DNA of 64,000 bases from Camelus dromedarius (lineage: Eukaryota): the NCBI RefSeq assembly GCF_036321535.1, contig NC_087438.1, forward strand, positions 1,490,001 to 1,554,000, read 5' to 3'. Shown here piece after piece: positions 1 through 13,099 of the stretch. Positions within the stretch are counted from its first letter, which is position 1, and each line of letters begins with the position of its first letter. The position numbers and the translations under genes are program-made. Under the pieces are notes generated by a model. The model was not told the DNA's origin, ran no database searches, and saw only the letters and a program-made list of their open reading frames with translations.

Positions 1-214
1 AGGAGCCAGAAAGAAAGGTCATACCAACTTCAAAACTAGAAACCTAAGACAACGAGAGTGACGGCTGACTTCTCGATGGAAACAATGGAAGCTAGAATAG
101 AATATATGACATATTTTAAATGTTTAAGAAAAGTGACTGCCAAAAAAGAATTCTATGCTATGTGCCTTAACCTTCAAAGGTCATGGCAGCAAAGGGAATT
201 TCAATGAAAACAGC
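1..214 (+). mobile_element. Old L1 (L1M-class) ORF1 3' remnant, probably the 5' part of the host element that resumes at ~4500
   Basis: Matches the remembered L1 ORF1 segment (gctgacttctc...gaaacaatggaagctaga...gaattctat); A-rich, no open frame. Confidence 0.7.
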
Positions 215-1439
215 AGAATAAGGAGCTCTGAAAATTGTTTCATCCATAAAACCAAGGAGAATATTGTACAGAAATTGACAGAATCACATTTTCAAATCTC
301 CGGAAATTAATCAAGGGCTTATAGCAATGCAGGGAGTGTTTATTCAAGAAAAAACACATCTGAATTTCATATGGAAGAGTGAGCTGTGGACATTTTAATT
401 TACCCTATTTCCACCCCTCTCCCCCAGTGCTAGGGTGGGCTTTAAAACCAACAGCCCACATTCAAGGTGAACAGCAGCAGCCTGGCAGCCACTGGAGCAG
501 AAAAAATGTGGGAGATCCTTCAAACCCCCTCCCCCAAACTGGCCTTGTTTGACCTGTCTGGTTGTTCCCTGGGAAACCCACTCATGAGGTTGTCTTTACT
601 TGACCTCATTTGGAGCTCACCCAGCAGAACAGCCTTTTCCCCAGTGATGTATGTCAAAAACAACCGGAGGCAACTGTTGAACACTGAGGTTGCTTGAGGC
701 AATAGATCACAGTCAGAGAAACTGTCAGGCTAACCAAAAAAGCTAGAGGATGAGATGTCTATAGATGCTTGAGAAATCTCAATATAGTTGTTGGATTATG
801 GATGGATCTGTGCATGTCCAGGGCTGAGCAGATGCTCCAGAGAGACGTGAGAATGCCCTGAGCTCTCGTCTTTTGTACCCTCGAGGCTCTGCACAAGCAG
901 GAAGGGTGAGGCAGCAGTGCAGTCTGTCTGGCTGTGTGCTGAAGGTGTTCCCCACCATGTACACACAGACCCTCAGCAAAGATGGGAAACTTGTGGACAT
1001 CCCTGTCCAAATGTTTGCTGACCACTAAACCACCTAGGCAGAGACTTCAGTGGTCACACCTGACAGAAAATACAGATGTACAGGATTAGTTTAAAAAGTG
1101 AGGAAGTAAACCTAACCAAAAGCCAAGAGCAACTACATAAAGCCCTGCAGGTGGAGAGAGTCTGACCTTCAGAGCTACCACATTTTGTGATTGAAAAATC
1201 CAATTTTCAACAACAACGACAAATATGAGACATGCAAAGAAACAAGAAAGTATGACCCAAGCACAGAGGGAAACAGAGCAGTAAACAGAAAGGCCCTGGA
1301 GGAACCCAGCCTTCGGACGTAACAGCCAAAGCACGTAAATCATCTGCTTGATGTATTTTCACAGAACCAGAAGGAGCCATGCTTAGGTAACCGAAGAAAA
1401 GCATGAGAATCACTTCTCACCAAATGGAAAATACAATAT

Positions 1440-1476
<37 letters not shown>

Positions 1477-4400
1477 AGAAAAAAAGAACCAAATACAAAT
1501 TGCGAAGCTGAAAAGTTCGAGATTGAAATACAAATTTTACTAAAGAGCCTCACAAACAGATTGGAGCAGGGTTCCATGAATCTGAAGGAAGGCCAATTGA
1601 AATTATCCAGTTGGAGGAGCAGAAAGAATAAAGAACGAAGAGAAATGAACAGAGCCCTGTGGGACACCATCGGGGTACAGACACACACATCATGGGAGGC
1701 AGAGGGAAGCAGAAACTGAAAGCAGGACACAGGGTGTCTGACGAAGCAGCAGCCTGCACCTGTGCAGGTGCACAGGGTTCTCCGTGAGAGTAAGAGGAGG
1801 TTCTTACCGGCCACTGTGGAGGCTGGAAGGCAAAAGTCTGTAAACCAAGCATGTGTATCCTGAAACACCATTCTTTAAAAATGAGGGAGAAATTAGACAT
1901 CCCCTAACGAAGAAAAACTGGAAAAACGTGTTACTAGCAGGATAGGTCGTATGTTAAGAAGACATTTAAAAAAAAAAAGCTTCAATATTTTAACAAAGAT
2001 TGGAGTCTTACAAAGTAAACTTTCAGACCAAAATGGGATAAAATTAGAAGTCAATATCTGAAGTAATTTGGGCAATTCACAAGCATGTGCAAATTAACAC
2101 AATTCTAAATTATAAATGGGTAAAAAAAAAACCCACAAGATAAAAATACTTTGAAATAAATGAAAACAAACAGGATATACAAAATTTCATGGAATTCAGG
2201 TGAAGCAGTGCTTCAAGGGAAATTTATAGCTACGTTGCCTGTATTCAAGGAGAAGCATCTCAGAGAACCTCACCGCCCACCTGAGTGACTAGAAAAAAGA
2301 AGAGTGTGCAGAAACCAAAACAAGCAGAAGGAAGGAAATCATAAATATTTGAGTATAATAAATCAAATGGATGAATAAAATAGAGAAAAATCAATGAATC
2401 AGAAAAGTTAGTTCTTTGTAAAGATAAACAAAAAATGACAAACTGCCAGCTAGAATAACCAAGGGGGAGAAAGAGAAGACTCGAATGACTAAAGGAATGG
2501 AAGAGGAGCTGTAACTACCAGCCTTACAGAAATAACAGCCACAACGGACACTGCAGACAACCAAGTGCCAACTAATTAAGTAACTCCGGTGACGTGCAAA
2601 CATCCCCAGACAGACACAAACCACTGAAACTGGCCCTAAAAGACATTCAAAGTTTTGAATGAACCTGTAACAAATAAGGGGAACGAATAATCAAAAATTT
2701 CCCACAAGGAAACACTCAGGAGAGGACCTTATTGGTGAATTTTACTAAACATTTAAAGAAGAGTTAATACCAATCCCTCACAAACACTTCCAGAAAACAG
2801 AATATCAGGTAACATTTCTCAACTAATTCTATGATACCAGTATTACCCTGGTACCAAGACCAGACAAAAACATCCCAGAAAACAGAAAATACAAGGCAAT
2901 GAATACAGGTACCAAAATATTCCACAAAATACTAGCAAACTTATTCTAGCAATATATAAAAAGGATTGCACACCATGATCAAGTAGAATTTATCCTAGTA
3001 ATGCAAAAATATTCAAGGTATAAAAATCAATGGGTGCAACAAACTGTATTAGTAGAATAAAGGACAAAAATCACATGACAATCTCATAGATGTGAAAACA
3101 GTTATTTGTCTAAATTTAACACTTTTGTAATAAACACACTCAAAAAACTAGGAATAAGAGGGGACTTTCTCAACCTCATAAAGGGAATTTATTTAAAAAA
3201 AAAAGACAATCCATAGCTAACATCATACTCAACGGTGAAAGGCTGAAAACTTTCCTTCTAAGATTCTAAGATGAGGAACAAGACAAGGGCATCTGCTCAT
3301 CACTTCTATACAGAGTTGTCCTGGAGATTCCATCCAGGATCATTAGACAAGAAAAGAGAAAAAAAGAACATCCAGACTGGAAAAAAAATGGTGAAAATGA
3401 GAAATGAGAGCACCGCTATCTGTTGATGATGTGTTCTTACAGATTAAAAACTCCTAAGGAATTCCCACATTCACATGTACGAGCACAGAGAAGAAAAAAC
3501 AATGCATTGAAGCTAATAACTGAGTTCAGCAAAGTTTCAGGATAAAAGATGAAAACACAAATATCAGTTGTATTTCTTTATTCTAGGAATAAACAATCTG
3601 AAAAGGATTTTAAGGAAATAACCCCTTTAGAACAGCATCTAGTGTATTAAGGGAAACATTTTGCAAACACAAGACTGTACCCTTGAAACTACAAAACGTC
3701 ATTGAAAGTAGTTACAATTAAATAAAACTTAATGGAAATACATCTGTGTCTGGATTGGAAGTTGAATGTTGCCAAGATGGCAATACTCCCCAAACTGATC
3801 TATAGATTCAAAATAATCTCAGTCAGCCTCCCAGCTGATGTGTGTGTGTGTGTGCACGCGCACACATGCATGTGCATGCAGAAACTGAAAACCTGTAATT
3901 TGCATGAAAATGCAAGGGATCCAAAATAATCAAAACAAACTTGAAAAAGAAGAACAAAGTTAGAAGATTCATACTTTCTAAATTTCAATCTTACTACAAA
4001 TATACAGAAGACAGATGGAGATTAATGGAATAGAACTGAGTCCAGAAATAAACTCATACGTTCAGATCAATTGATTTTTGACAAAGAATCAAGACCATTC
4101 AGTGGGGAAAAAATAGTCTTTTTAACTAAAGGCGCTGGGACAACAGTATATCTACATACAAAACAATGAAATTTGGCCTCTACCTCACACTACATACAAC
4201 ATTTTACTCAAAATGGACTAAAGATCTAAATATAAGCACTAAATCCATACAATTCTAGAAGAAAGCATAGGTGTGAATCTTTCTGACTTTAAATTAGGGC
4301 ATGGTTTCTTAGCCATAGCACCAAAAGCACAAGCTAAAGAAAAACAAATAACTACATCGAACTTCATCAAATTAAAAAAAAAAAGCAAAACACTTGTGCT

Positions 4401-4500
4401 TCAAAGGACAATATCAAGAAAATGAAAAGATAGCTCAGAATAGGAGAAAATATTTGCAAATCATATGTCAGATAAGGGATTTGTGTCTAAAGTATGTAAG
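215..4500 (+). mobile_element. Decayed near-full-length L1 (L1MD/MC-like): 5'UTR, ORF1 remnant, ORF2 remnant; 3' end missing
   Basis: 5'UTR-like motif ttttcaaatctccggaaattaatcaagggc; ORF1-like peptide NRLEQ...NRALWDTI (1444-1719); ORF2 peptide LNVAKMAILPKLIYRF (3732-3929); many stops and frameshifts. Confidence 0.85.
1442..1475. repeat. (GT)n microsatellite
   Basis: Direct reading of the sequence. Confidence 0.97.
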
Positions 4501-5430
4501 GGCAAACATCAGTAGAGTTATAGATTTCAACAACATGTTAATGTCTCAATTAACATGCTCAGGATATTGGAGCTAATTACTACAAAATATGCATTTTTGA
4601 AGACTCATGGAACATTTATGAAAGATGACCATATGCTGAGCCATAAAACAGGATTCAACAAATTTCAAAGACCTGAAATCATTCAGAGTACATACCTTGA
4701 CAACAGTGGAGGCAAGCCATAAATCAAAGACAAGAGAAAGAAACTGGAAAATATTCATATGTTTCAAAATTTAGCAATGCATTTCTAAATAACTGATGTG
4801 TAAGGAATAAACCACAATGCCAACTAGAAAATAGTCTGAACTAGATAAAAATTAAAATACATTATTACATAAAAACTTGGGTGATGCACCTTAAATTTTG
4901 TCTTGAGAAAAGTTATGGTACTAAATGTATTTTTCATAATTCATGCATCAAGAAATCAGCAAAAAAGTAGGACATAATAAAAATATGAGCTAAAATTAAT
5001 GAAATGGATACTAAAAATATGGTGGAGATAATTATCAAAACTAAAAGGTTAATCTGAGTAAACTAATAAAATTAATACAGACTTGACAAGGGACATCACC
5101 AGGGTGGGTGTGGGAAGGTTGCAAGGGAGATAAGGAGACAGCATGTAATTGATATAATAGTGAAAAAAGTGACACCACTACAGATCTCACAGATAGTAAA
5201 AAGAAAAGAAAAATTCTGAATAATTTATGGCAATAAATTTGAAAATTTAAATGAAATTGTCAAATTACTAGAAAAACACAACTTTCTAAAACTGACACAG
5301 ACGAAGTAGAACATTTGAAACATCCCTGAATTTACTATGAAATTAAATACATAATGAAAAACCTTCCAAAAAATATTCAGGCCCAGGTACCTTGCCTATA
5401 AATTTATTAATATACAAAAAATAATAAATC

Positions 5431-6412
5431 CATGTCTTGGCTATTGTAAATAGTGCTGCTATGAACATTGGGGTACAGGTGTCATTGTGAAGTAGGGTTC
5501 CTTCTGGATATATGCCCAGGAGTGGGATTCCTGGGTCATATGGTAAGTCTGTTCCTAGTCTTTTAAGGAATCTCCATACTGTTTTCCACAGTGGCTGCAC
5601 CAAACTGCATTCCCACCAGCAGTGTAGGAGGGTCCCCTTTCTCCACAGCCTCTCCAGCATTTGTCATTTGTGGACTTCTGAATGACGGCCATTCTGGCTG
5701 GTGTGAGGTGATACCTCATCATAGTTTTGATTTGCATTTCTCTGATAATTAGTGATATTAAACATTTTTTCATGTGCCTATTGTTCATTTGTATTTCTTC
5801 CTTGGAGAATTGCTTATTTATGTCTTCTGCCCATTTTGGATTGGGTTGTTTGCCTAAATGTCCATCAACAGATGACCTGATAAAGAAGATGTGGTATATT
5901 TATACAATGGAATACTATTCAGCCATAAAAAGTAACAACATAATGCCATTTGCAGCAACATGGATGCTCCTGGAGAATGTCATTCTAAGTGAAGTAAGCC
6001 AGAAAGAGAAAGAAAAATACCATATGAGATCGCTCATATGTGGAATCTAAAAAAATAAATAAAGAAATAAAAATAAAGAACATAAATATGAAACAGAAAC
6101 AGACTCATAGACATAGAATACAAACTTGTGGTTGCCAAGGGTGTGGGGGGTGGGAAGGGACAGACTGGGATTTCAAAATTTGTAGATACTTACAGGCATA
6201 TGTAGAATAGATAAACAAGATTGTACTGTATAGCACAGGGAAATATATACATATACACACAGGATCTTGTGGTGGCTCACAGCAAAAAAAAAAGTGTTAC
6301 AATGAATATATGTACGTTCATGTATAACTGAAAAAATTGTGCTCTACACCAGAATTTGACACAACATTGTAAAATGACTATAACTCAATAAAAAAATGTA
6401 AAAATTAAAATA
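5431..6412 (+). mobile_element. Young 5'-truncated, 5'-inverted L1 (ORF2 C-terminus plus 3'UTR)
   Basis: 5431-5852 is antisense ORF2 end ([20 protein letters not shown]); 5852-6412 is sense (PKCPSTDD...YYSAIK, 3'UTR, A-tail); 15-bp TSD aaaaaataataaatc (5416-5430) / aaaaaataatatatc (6413-6427). Confidence 0.95.
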
Positions 6413-6756
6413 AAAAAATAATATATCGCCATAATAAAGTTTAGTTTATTTCAAGGATAACAGATTGAATTTAATATGTAAAAGTGAATCAATGAATTTC
6501 ACTACTTCAATAAAATAAAGGAGAAAATTTGTATAATATCACACTAGGTGTGTATATAGCATGTGAAAAATTCAGCATCTCTTTGATATAATTTCTACAA
6601 ATTCCAAAAAATACAGGATAGAAGAAAATTTTCTTAAACTGACAAATTTTATGTATATATGTATATATGAAAAAACTACAGCTAACGTCACACATATTGG
6701 TAAAATACTATGACGTGAAAATTGAGAATAAGCATACACTGTGTGTGTTATTCCAT

Positions 6757-6929
6757 ATACACACACACACACACACTCACACACATATACACACACACAC
6801 TCACACACATATACACACACACACACTCACACACACACACATATATACACACACACACACTCACACACACACACACACATATATACACACACACACACTC
6901 ACACACATATACATACACACACACACACA
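6757..6929. repeat. Compound (CA)n array with higher-order unit ATA(CA)nCT(CA)mT
   Basis: About five variable-length units punctuated by CT and TA. Confidence 0.95.
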
Positions 6930-7180
6930 GAATAAAGATTAAAAAGATTGGAAAAGAACTAATAAAACTGTTCCTGTTTTCAGATGACATAATCCTATAG
7001 ATATAAATAAATACATATATACGTGTATATATAAACAATCCTAAAAATCCAGAAATAGATTATTGAAATATAAAGTAGATTTAGTAAGGTCACTATATAT
7101 AAAATCACCATATAAAGATGAATTATTGTACTCCAATGCTTTGGCAACAGACAATGCAATGTATAGATTGGGAGAACATA

Positions 7181-7182
<2 letters not shown>

Positions 7183-7219
<37 letters not shown>
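7183..7219. repeat. (CA)n microsatellite
   Basis: Direct reading of the sequence. Confidence 0.97.
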
Positions 7220-7221
<2 letters not shown>

Positions 7222-7419
7222 CGATCTTGAATAACACGGTCCACTTACACTTGGACTTTTTTCAGTAAGCACGTACCACAAAACTACCACGTGCAGCTGA
7301 CTGAGCCCACAGGGGCAGACGTGCAGGTGTGGTGTGCAGATGGCACAGCTACGCACAGACTTTTGAATACAGGGGGGTGGCTCCCCTAACCACCCCCCTT
7401 GTTGTTCAAGGGTCAGTTG
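7218..7419 (+). mobile_element. Tigger2-like (TcMar-Tigger) non-autonomous DNA transposon
   Basis: Terminal inverted repeats cagtcgatcttgaataac / gttgttcaagggtcagttg resemble the Tigger2 TIR CAGTTGACCCTTGAACAAC; internal ggtccacttacac...gacttttttc also matches. Confidence 0.85.
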
Positions 7420-7779
7420 CACACATGTGTGTGTGTGTGTGAGTTTACTAAGAAAATGGAATAATACGCAGCAGAGGGAGATGATGGTTGTAGTACACTT
7501 TTTCCAACAGAGAGCTGCATCCAGAACGTAAAGGAAACTTTAAAATTATTAAAGTTGTTGAGCTCATACTCAGCCCAACAGGAAAGTGGCCAGACTCTGG
7601 GCCCAGCCTGTGAGTCTGCAGGGTCTCTCTGCCTTAGCTGAAAGGCCTCCTCCACCCCTGTGGAGCCAGGTGTGCATGAAGAGGTGGATATGAGGCCAAG
7701 AGCAGAATGGGGAGGCCCAGGCTCACTGTGGATGTGGGCTCTGCCCTGCTCTGAGAAGTTTAACCTCAGGGTCAGATTT

Positions 7780-8150
7780 CCGTGTGAGGGAAGTGAGGAG
7801 GGGGACCAACACCAGGGCAGGATCTGGACATTGGAAAGAGGGAGACCCATAAAGAAGACATTGGTGTAGTCCAGCCCAAGGGGAGAACTGGGCTCAGTCA
7901 GAATGCTGGAAGTAGATCTGAGGACACAGATGGGAGAAATGGAAAAAGATGACATGCAGGGTCTGGTCCCAGGAGCTGAGGATGGTGGAGTCTTCACAGA
8001 GATGGGATTTGTGGGAGGAAAGAAGCCCATCTTGGATTCATAGTTTCACATTCACAGAAAGCCAAGAGCTCAGGGTGTGAGTGGGGCAGAGACGGGTGAA
8101 GGTGCCTGTTCAAGATCCTCATTGGACAGGTAGCAGAGATGGCCCTGGCG
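7780..8150 (-). mobile_element. L2 LINE fragment
   Basis: Purine-rich pattern typical of antisense L2 (gggagaccc...gtagtccag...ggatggtgg...cacagagatggg). Confidence 0.55.
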
Positions 8151-8274
8151 AGTCCTGAGCGGGCGAACACTGGAGAGCCACAACCAACCTCTGGCACTGG
8201 CCCTTCGGAAAGGAGCAAGAAGGAAAATGTGGAGAAACTGGCCATGGAGCCAGAACTGCCCCAGTGCCAACAGC

Positions 8275-10405
8275 ACGTAAAGACTTGACAACAACCAATA
8301 CAAAGAAAAACAATAAAACAAAACGACAGACCAATATCTTTATGGACACATGTAAAAATCCTCAGAAAAATGTCAGTAAATTGAAACCAACAATGTGTAA
8401 GAAAACTATACACCACGACCAAGTGGGCTTTTCTCAGGGTGCAAGCCTGGTTCAACATTCAAAAGTCAGTGCACCCACAACACAACAGACTGAAGAAGGA
8501 AAATCACATGGTCATATCAGTAGATGTAGAAAAAACATTTGACAAAGTCCAACTCCCATTCATGATAAAAAAAAATCTTGATAAACGAAGAACTGAGGGG
8601 AACTTCCTCAACTTGATATAGAATGTCTGTTTAAAAAAAAAAAGAACTACAGCTAACAAAATACTTAATGGTGAGAAACTCAAAGCTTTAAGATCAGGTA
8701 CAAGGCAAGACGTGCTCCTCTCACCACTGCTTTTCAACATCATACTGGAAATTCTAGCTAATGCAATGTGATAAGAAGAAGAAATAAAAGGTCCACAGAT
8801 TCAGAAGGAAGAGGTACTACTGTCTTGGTTCAAGGATGTCATGATTGTCTATGCAGAAAATCCTAAGTAATTGAGAAAAATCTCCTGGAACCAACAGGCA
8901 ATGAAAGCAAGTTTGCAGAATACAAAATTAATGTGCAGAAGTCAATCACTTCCCTACACACCAACAGTGAACAAGCCAACTCCAAATTAAAACCTTAGTA
9001 ACAGTGCATTAGCACTCTCCCCCACAAATGAGATGCTTGGGTATAAACCTAATACAACATGTACAAGATCTACACGAGGAAAACTACAAAACTCTGATGA
9101 ACAAAGTCAAAGTGCTAAATAAATGCAGAGACATCCCATGTTCATGGACAGGAAGGCTCAATATTGTCAAGCTGTCTGTTCTTCCCAACTCCATCTATAG
9201 ATCAATGCAATCTCAGTAGGAATCCCACGAGTTGCTTTGTGGATACTGACAAACTGATTATAAACTGATTTTGTGCAGAGACACAAAAGACCTAGAATAA
9301 CCAACATAATATTGAATTGCAAAAACAAAGTTGAAGGGCTGAGGCCACCTGACCTCCAGACTCACTACGAAGCTACAGTAAAGCAGACAGTGTGGTACTG
9401 GTTAAAGAACAGACCAAGAGATGAATGGAACATAAAAGAGGCCAGAAACAGACCCCAAAAATAAAGTCAACCGATATTTAAAGAGGGGCCAAGTCAGTAC
9501 AATGGAGCAAATGTAGTCATTTTAGCAAATGGTTCTGAAACAACTGGACACCCACATACAAAGGACGAAGCTGGATACAGACCATGCATTCCTGACAAAA
9601 ATTAACTCAAAGGGGACCATAGACCTAAATGTAAAACACAAGACTCTAGGAGTCCTAGCAGGTAATCTGGAAGGCGATCCAGGCAATTCACTTCTAGATG
9701 TACCACCAAGGGCAAAACCTCTGGGAGAAATCCCTGATGAGCTGAGTGCCATTAAAATGGGAAACTTCTCCATGAGAGACACCATCAAGGGATTGAGAAG
9801 ACAAACCACAGGCTGGGAGGAAATGTTTGCCAAAGACACATCTGATGAAGGACCACTGTATAAAGCATATAATGAAATCTTAAAAGTCAGCAGAAAGAAA
9901 ACAAAAAATTTGATTAAAAAATAAGCCAAAGACCTGCACAGATGTCTCACTAAAGAAGATGTGCGTGTGGCCAATGAGCACATGGAAGGTGCCCCACCCG
10001 CGTCACCGTCTGCGCACATGGGAGCGACAGCGAGGCGCCACCACAAACCCGTGGGAACGGCCAGAGTCCAGGACCCTGACAGCACGAAGCGCTGGCGACC
10101 TTGTAGAGAAACAGGGACTCCCCTTCATCGCTGGTGGGAGTGCACGGGGCAGATACTTTGGGAAGCAGTCTGGCAGGTGCTCCCATAAATTAACAGCTCT
10201 TCCCAAACCATGCAGCAGTCACGTTCTTTGCATTTACCAAAATGAGTCAAAAACTTGGGTCCCCAAAATACCTGCCCGTGGACGCTGACAGCGGCTTTAT
10301 GCATAATTATCAGAACTTGAGAGCAACCGAAATACCCTTTAATAAGTGATGATAAATGAATTGGTATATTCTGACAACAAAATACTGTTCAGTCCTAAAA
10401 AGAAA
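8275..10405 (+). mobile_element. L1 (L1MB/MC-like) ORF2 3' half remnant
   Basis: ORF2 peptides HHDQVGFSQG, NHMVISVDVEKTFDKVQLPFMIK, LYEENYKTL-like, DIPCSWTGRLNIVK, TVWYW; frameshifted. Confidence 0.92.
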
Positions 10406-13099
10406 CCTCCGGGCTGGCCCCACCCCACCCCACCCTGACCCCTGGGTGGCTGTTTGCAGGGCTCAGACCCTGCACTCGTTTTATCGTGGGTCCTCCCCAG
10501 GCCCTGTGCGAAGTGTCCTCCGGTCTCCTGAGCAGAGCTGCCTGGTGGCATCCGCGGCTCCAGCGCTCCTGTCTGCATGAGCCCCTCCCTCCTCAAAACA
10601 GGTAAATACGTAACAGCCATGCTGTAAAGGCAGCTGCATCCATGTCACATTAGAGCGTTTTCTGTGACCTGAAGGAGCGAGAACATTTCCACGTGCGCCC
10701 GGAGGTGCTGTCTGCCCGGGCTGGACCTGCTGTGCTCGGTGGGGAGGCCAGCGCTGCCCCTGCCTCGAGTCTCTGACTTTCCTTCGTCTCTTTCTCCCCG
10801 CTGTTCTGACTTGGGTGGAGGGGTGATGTCGCGGGTCCGGGGGTCAGACCTAGCCGAAGGCAATGCTGGAAGACGGGTCTGCATCTGCCCCTGTGGCTGT
10901 CCAGCCGCGGTGCATTTTCGGGAAAGCAGGCCGGGCTCACAGCTGGAAGGGCCCGTGCAGGGAGGGGTGGCGGTGCAGCCATGGCACCAGTGGCCCGGCC
11001 CTCATCCGCTGGAGAGACCGAGAGGGGTGGCTTAGAGAGACTCCTGGCTGGCTGGACCGACAAGGGACAGGCTGCGTAACTTGGCTTCACTCCCTCGACA
11101 CGCACATTTCCAGCTCCCCCCCAAGCACTCCCCATCCCATGAAGCCTGTCACGCTGTCACAGACGCCGGGACTGGGAAGCCTACTTTATGATGAGACCAC
11201 CCTGCCTTCCCACCACCCACTCCTCGGCCCTCGTCCTCTCCTCTGAAACTACCCCGATGCGTCTTTTTCTCCTTCTCTAGCAAAACTGTCTAAATATGTG
11301 ACTAAAGATACCGTGACTTTTATTTTCAAGCCGGGCTGGGATGGAGGGCGCCAAGTGGAGTTTCTGTGGCCGTTCGTGTTTTGCACTAAGGAGTTTTCAC
11401 CTCCCCAAGGGCTGTCTTGCCTGGTTCTAAGTGGCAGCAGACGGCACAGCACTTCCTCAATGCCCCCCCCACCTTCCTGCATCTTCCCCCGTTACGCAGG
11501 TTCAGACGGAACATCCAGAACATTTCCAGGCAACTTGCTCTGTGAACAATCCAGCGACAGGGCAGCCAAACCATTACTTACCAACCAGCCATTAAAGTTT
11601 CATAGACGCGTTATTAATTATTGAGGATTAATGCTGAGATCCAGCTGCGTGCCCCAGTTCCCTCCCAGGAGCCCGCGCCGGGGAGCGGGAACTGCTCCAT
11701 TGCCTCTCACGGCCTCAGCTTCTGAAGCAGAAAAAGGAAACAAAACTGAAAACCTGTGTTGAAGACAAAGGCAGGCGTGAGCTGTCCATCGTCAGGATGG
11801 ATTATTCATAAGAAACATGGTAAAGTCGTGCCGGCCTGCTCCGACTCGGCACCTGTCGGGGACCCTCCTCCTCAGCGATCTGCCGGGTCCGGGTCTGAAG
11901 CCCGATGCTCCTGCCGGGACGCCGCCCGGTCCAGTTGCGGCCGGCCCTGAACGTCCACGGTCACGGCCAATTCCCTCCCCCGCCCAAGAATGAAATAAGT
12001 GTTTTCGCTTTCCTAAAAGCAAATTTTTCATCCCAAGTCGTCGCTAGTGCTACCCAGTTCTCACTGAATTCTGCTCAGAAGAGCATTTCCCTGCCTTGTA
12101 GGTAACAAGTCACCAGGAGAAAGATGGACGTTTTTTTTCTAGCTCTGAAGGTTGCTCCTCAGTGAAACTGAATTCCCTGTATTTAAAATGTACTCCTTAT
12201 CAGATAAAGGGCGGGGCCATTAAACAGAAATTAAGAACGAGGTTTCCTTGGTCTTTGGGACCAAGTAAGCGGGTCTTGGACTCCCGGGCGCACTCACAGG
12301 CGGATTAAAGGCTACCACGTGCTTTAGCAGTGAGAGTTTTACCTCTGGGCCCCTGGGAGGAGGGCCTGGGGCCGGGGCCACGTGGGGGCCCACCTCTCCC
12401 TGCACGCTGTCCGCGTGCGCAGCATCCCCACCAGCTATGGCAAGTCCGCGCGTCACGGTTACACAACGGCAGACTCAGAGTAGGACGTGGCTGGATCTGC
12501 AAATAACTGGATTAAATCACAAAATTTCCGAGACAAGGGAGTTAGCAAACCTCTTTCTTATTTGTAATGATAAACTAAGATATATTTGTATTCAAAATCT
12601 TCACTCCCATTGAAAACAAAGTAACAGCTGGCTTCATGAACCTAATTGGTTTTGTTCAACTCAAAGCAAGAGCAGTTGAAAATGTGACCTTCGGTGCTGA
12701 ATTCTTTGCAGGTTTCAGTAAGACGGCCACGCCACCGCTGAAGCCCGTCTCCGGCCCGTCTCTCGCCTGATGAGCACCCTTTCCTGTCGACTCCGCTGTG
12801 AAATGCGCATTGGCTGGTTAAAGTCTGGGAACAGTCAGCTCGTCGTTACGGGGGTGTCATTAAGATGGAAGAGACTGTCACCTGTGAGGTCCCCGCCTGA
12901 TCTGGGAGTGGGGACCGAGGAGTCTGTGAAGCAGGCACGCCTGTGTTCAATCAATGACTCGAAACCCACCCGGCTAAGCGGAAAACGGGGTGTTTCCAAG
13001 GAGCACGGCTCATGCTCCTGGCTACGCTGGGAGCGTCTGGGGTTCACCAGTCTCTGGGGTCGGGGAAGAGCTGCTTTGAGTCAAAGGATGTGTCCAATG

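Larger units (their letters stand above)
4501..7150 (+). mobile_element. Older, strongly decayed L1 ORF2 remnant, interrupted by a young L1 (5431-6412) and a CA array
   Basis: Restarts in the endonuclease region (catggaacattt...gaccatatgctgagccataaaaca) and continues after 6428 into the RT region (LFLFSDDIIL, the degenerate FADD motif, ~6970-7000). Confidence 0.8.

Noticed and set aside
5343..6050. ORFs with clear protein-like sequence ([19 protein letters not shown]), also at 18507, 22472, 23150 and 28559
   Set aside because: L1 ORF2 C-terminal fragments in truncated copies, not host genes
6572..7244. His-Thr and Cys-Val repeat ORFs
   Set aside because: Translations of CA/TG microsatellites
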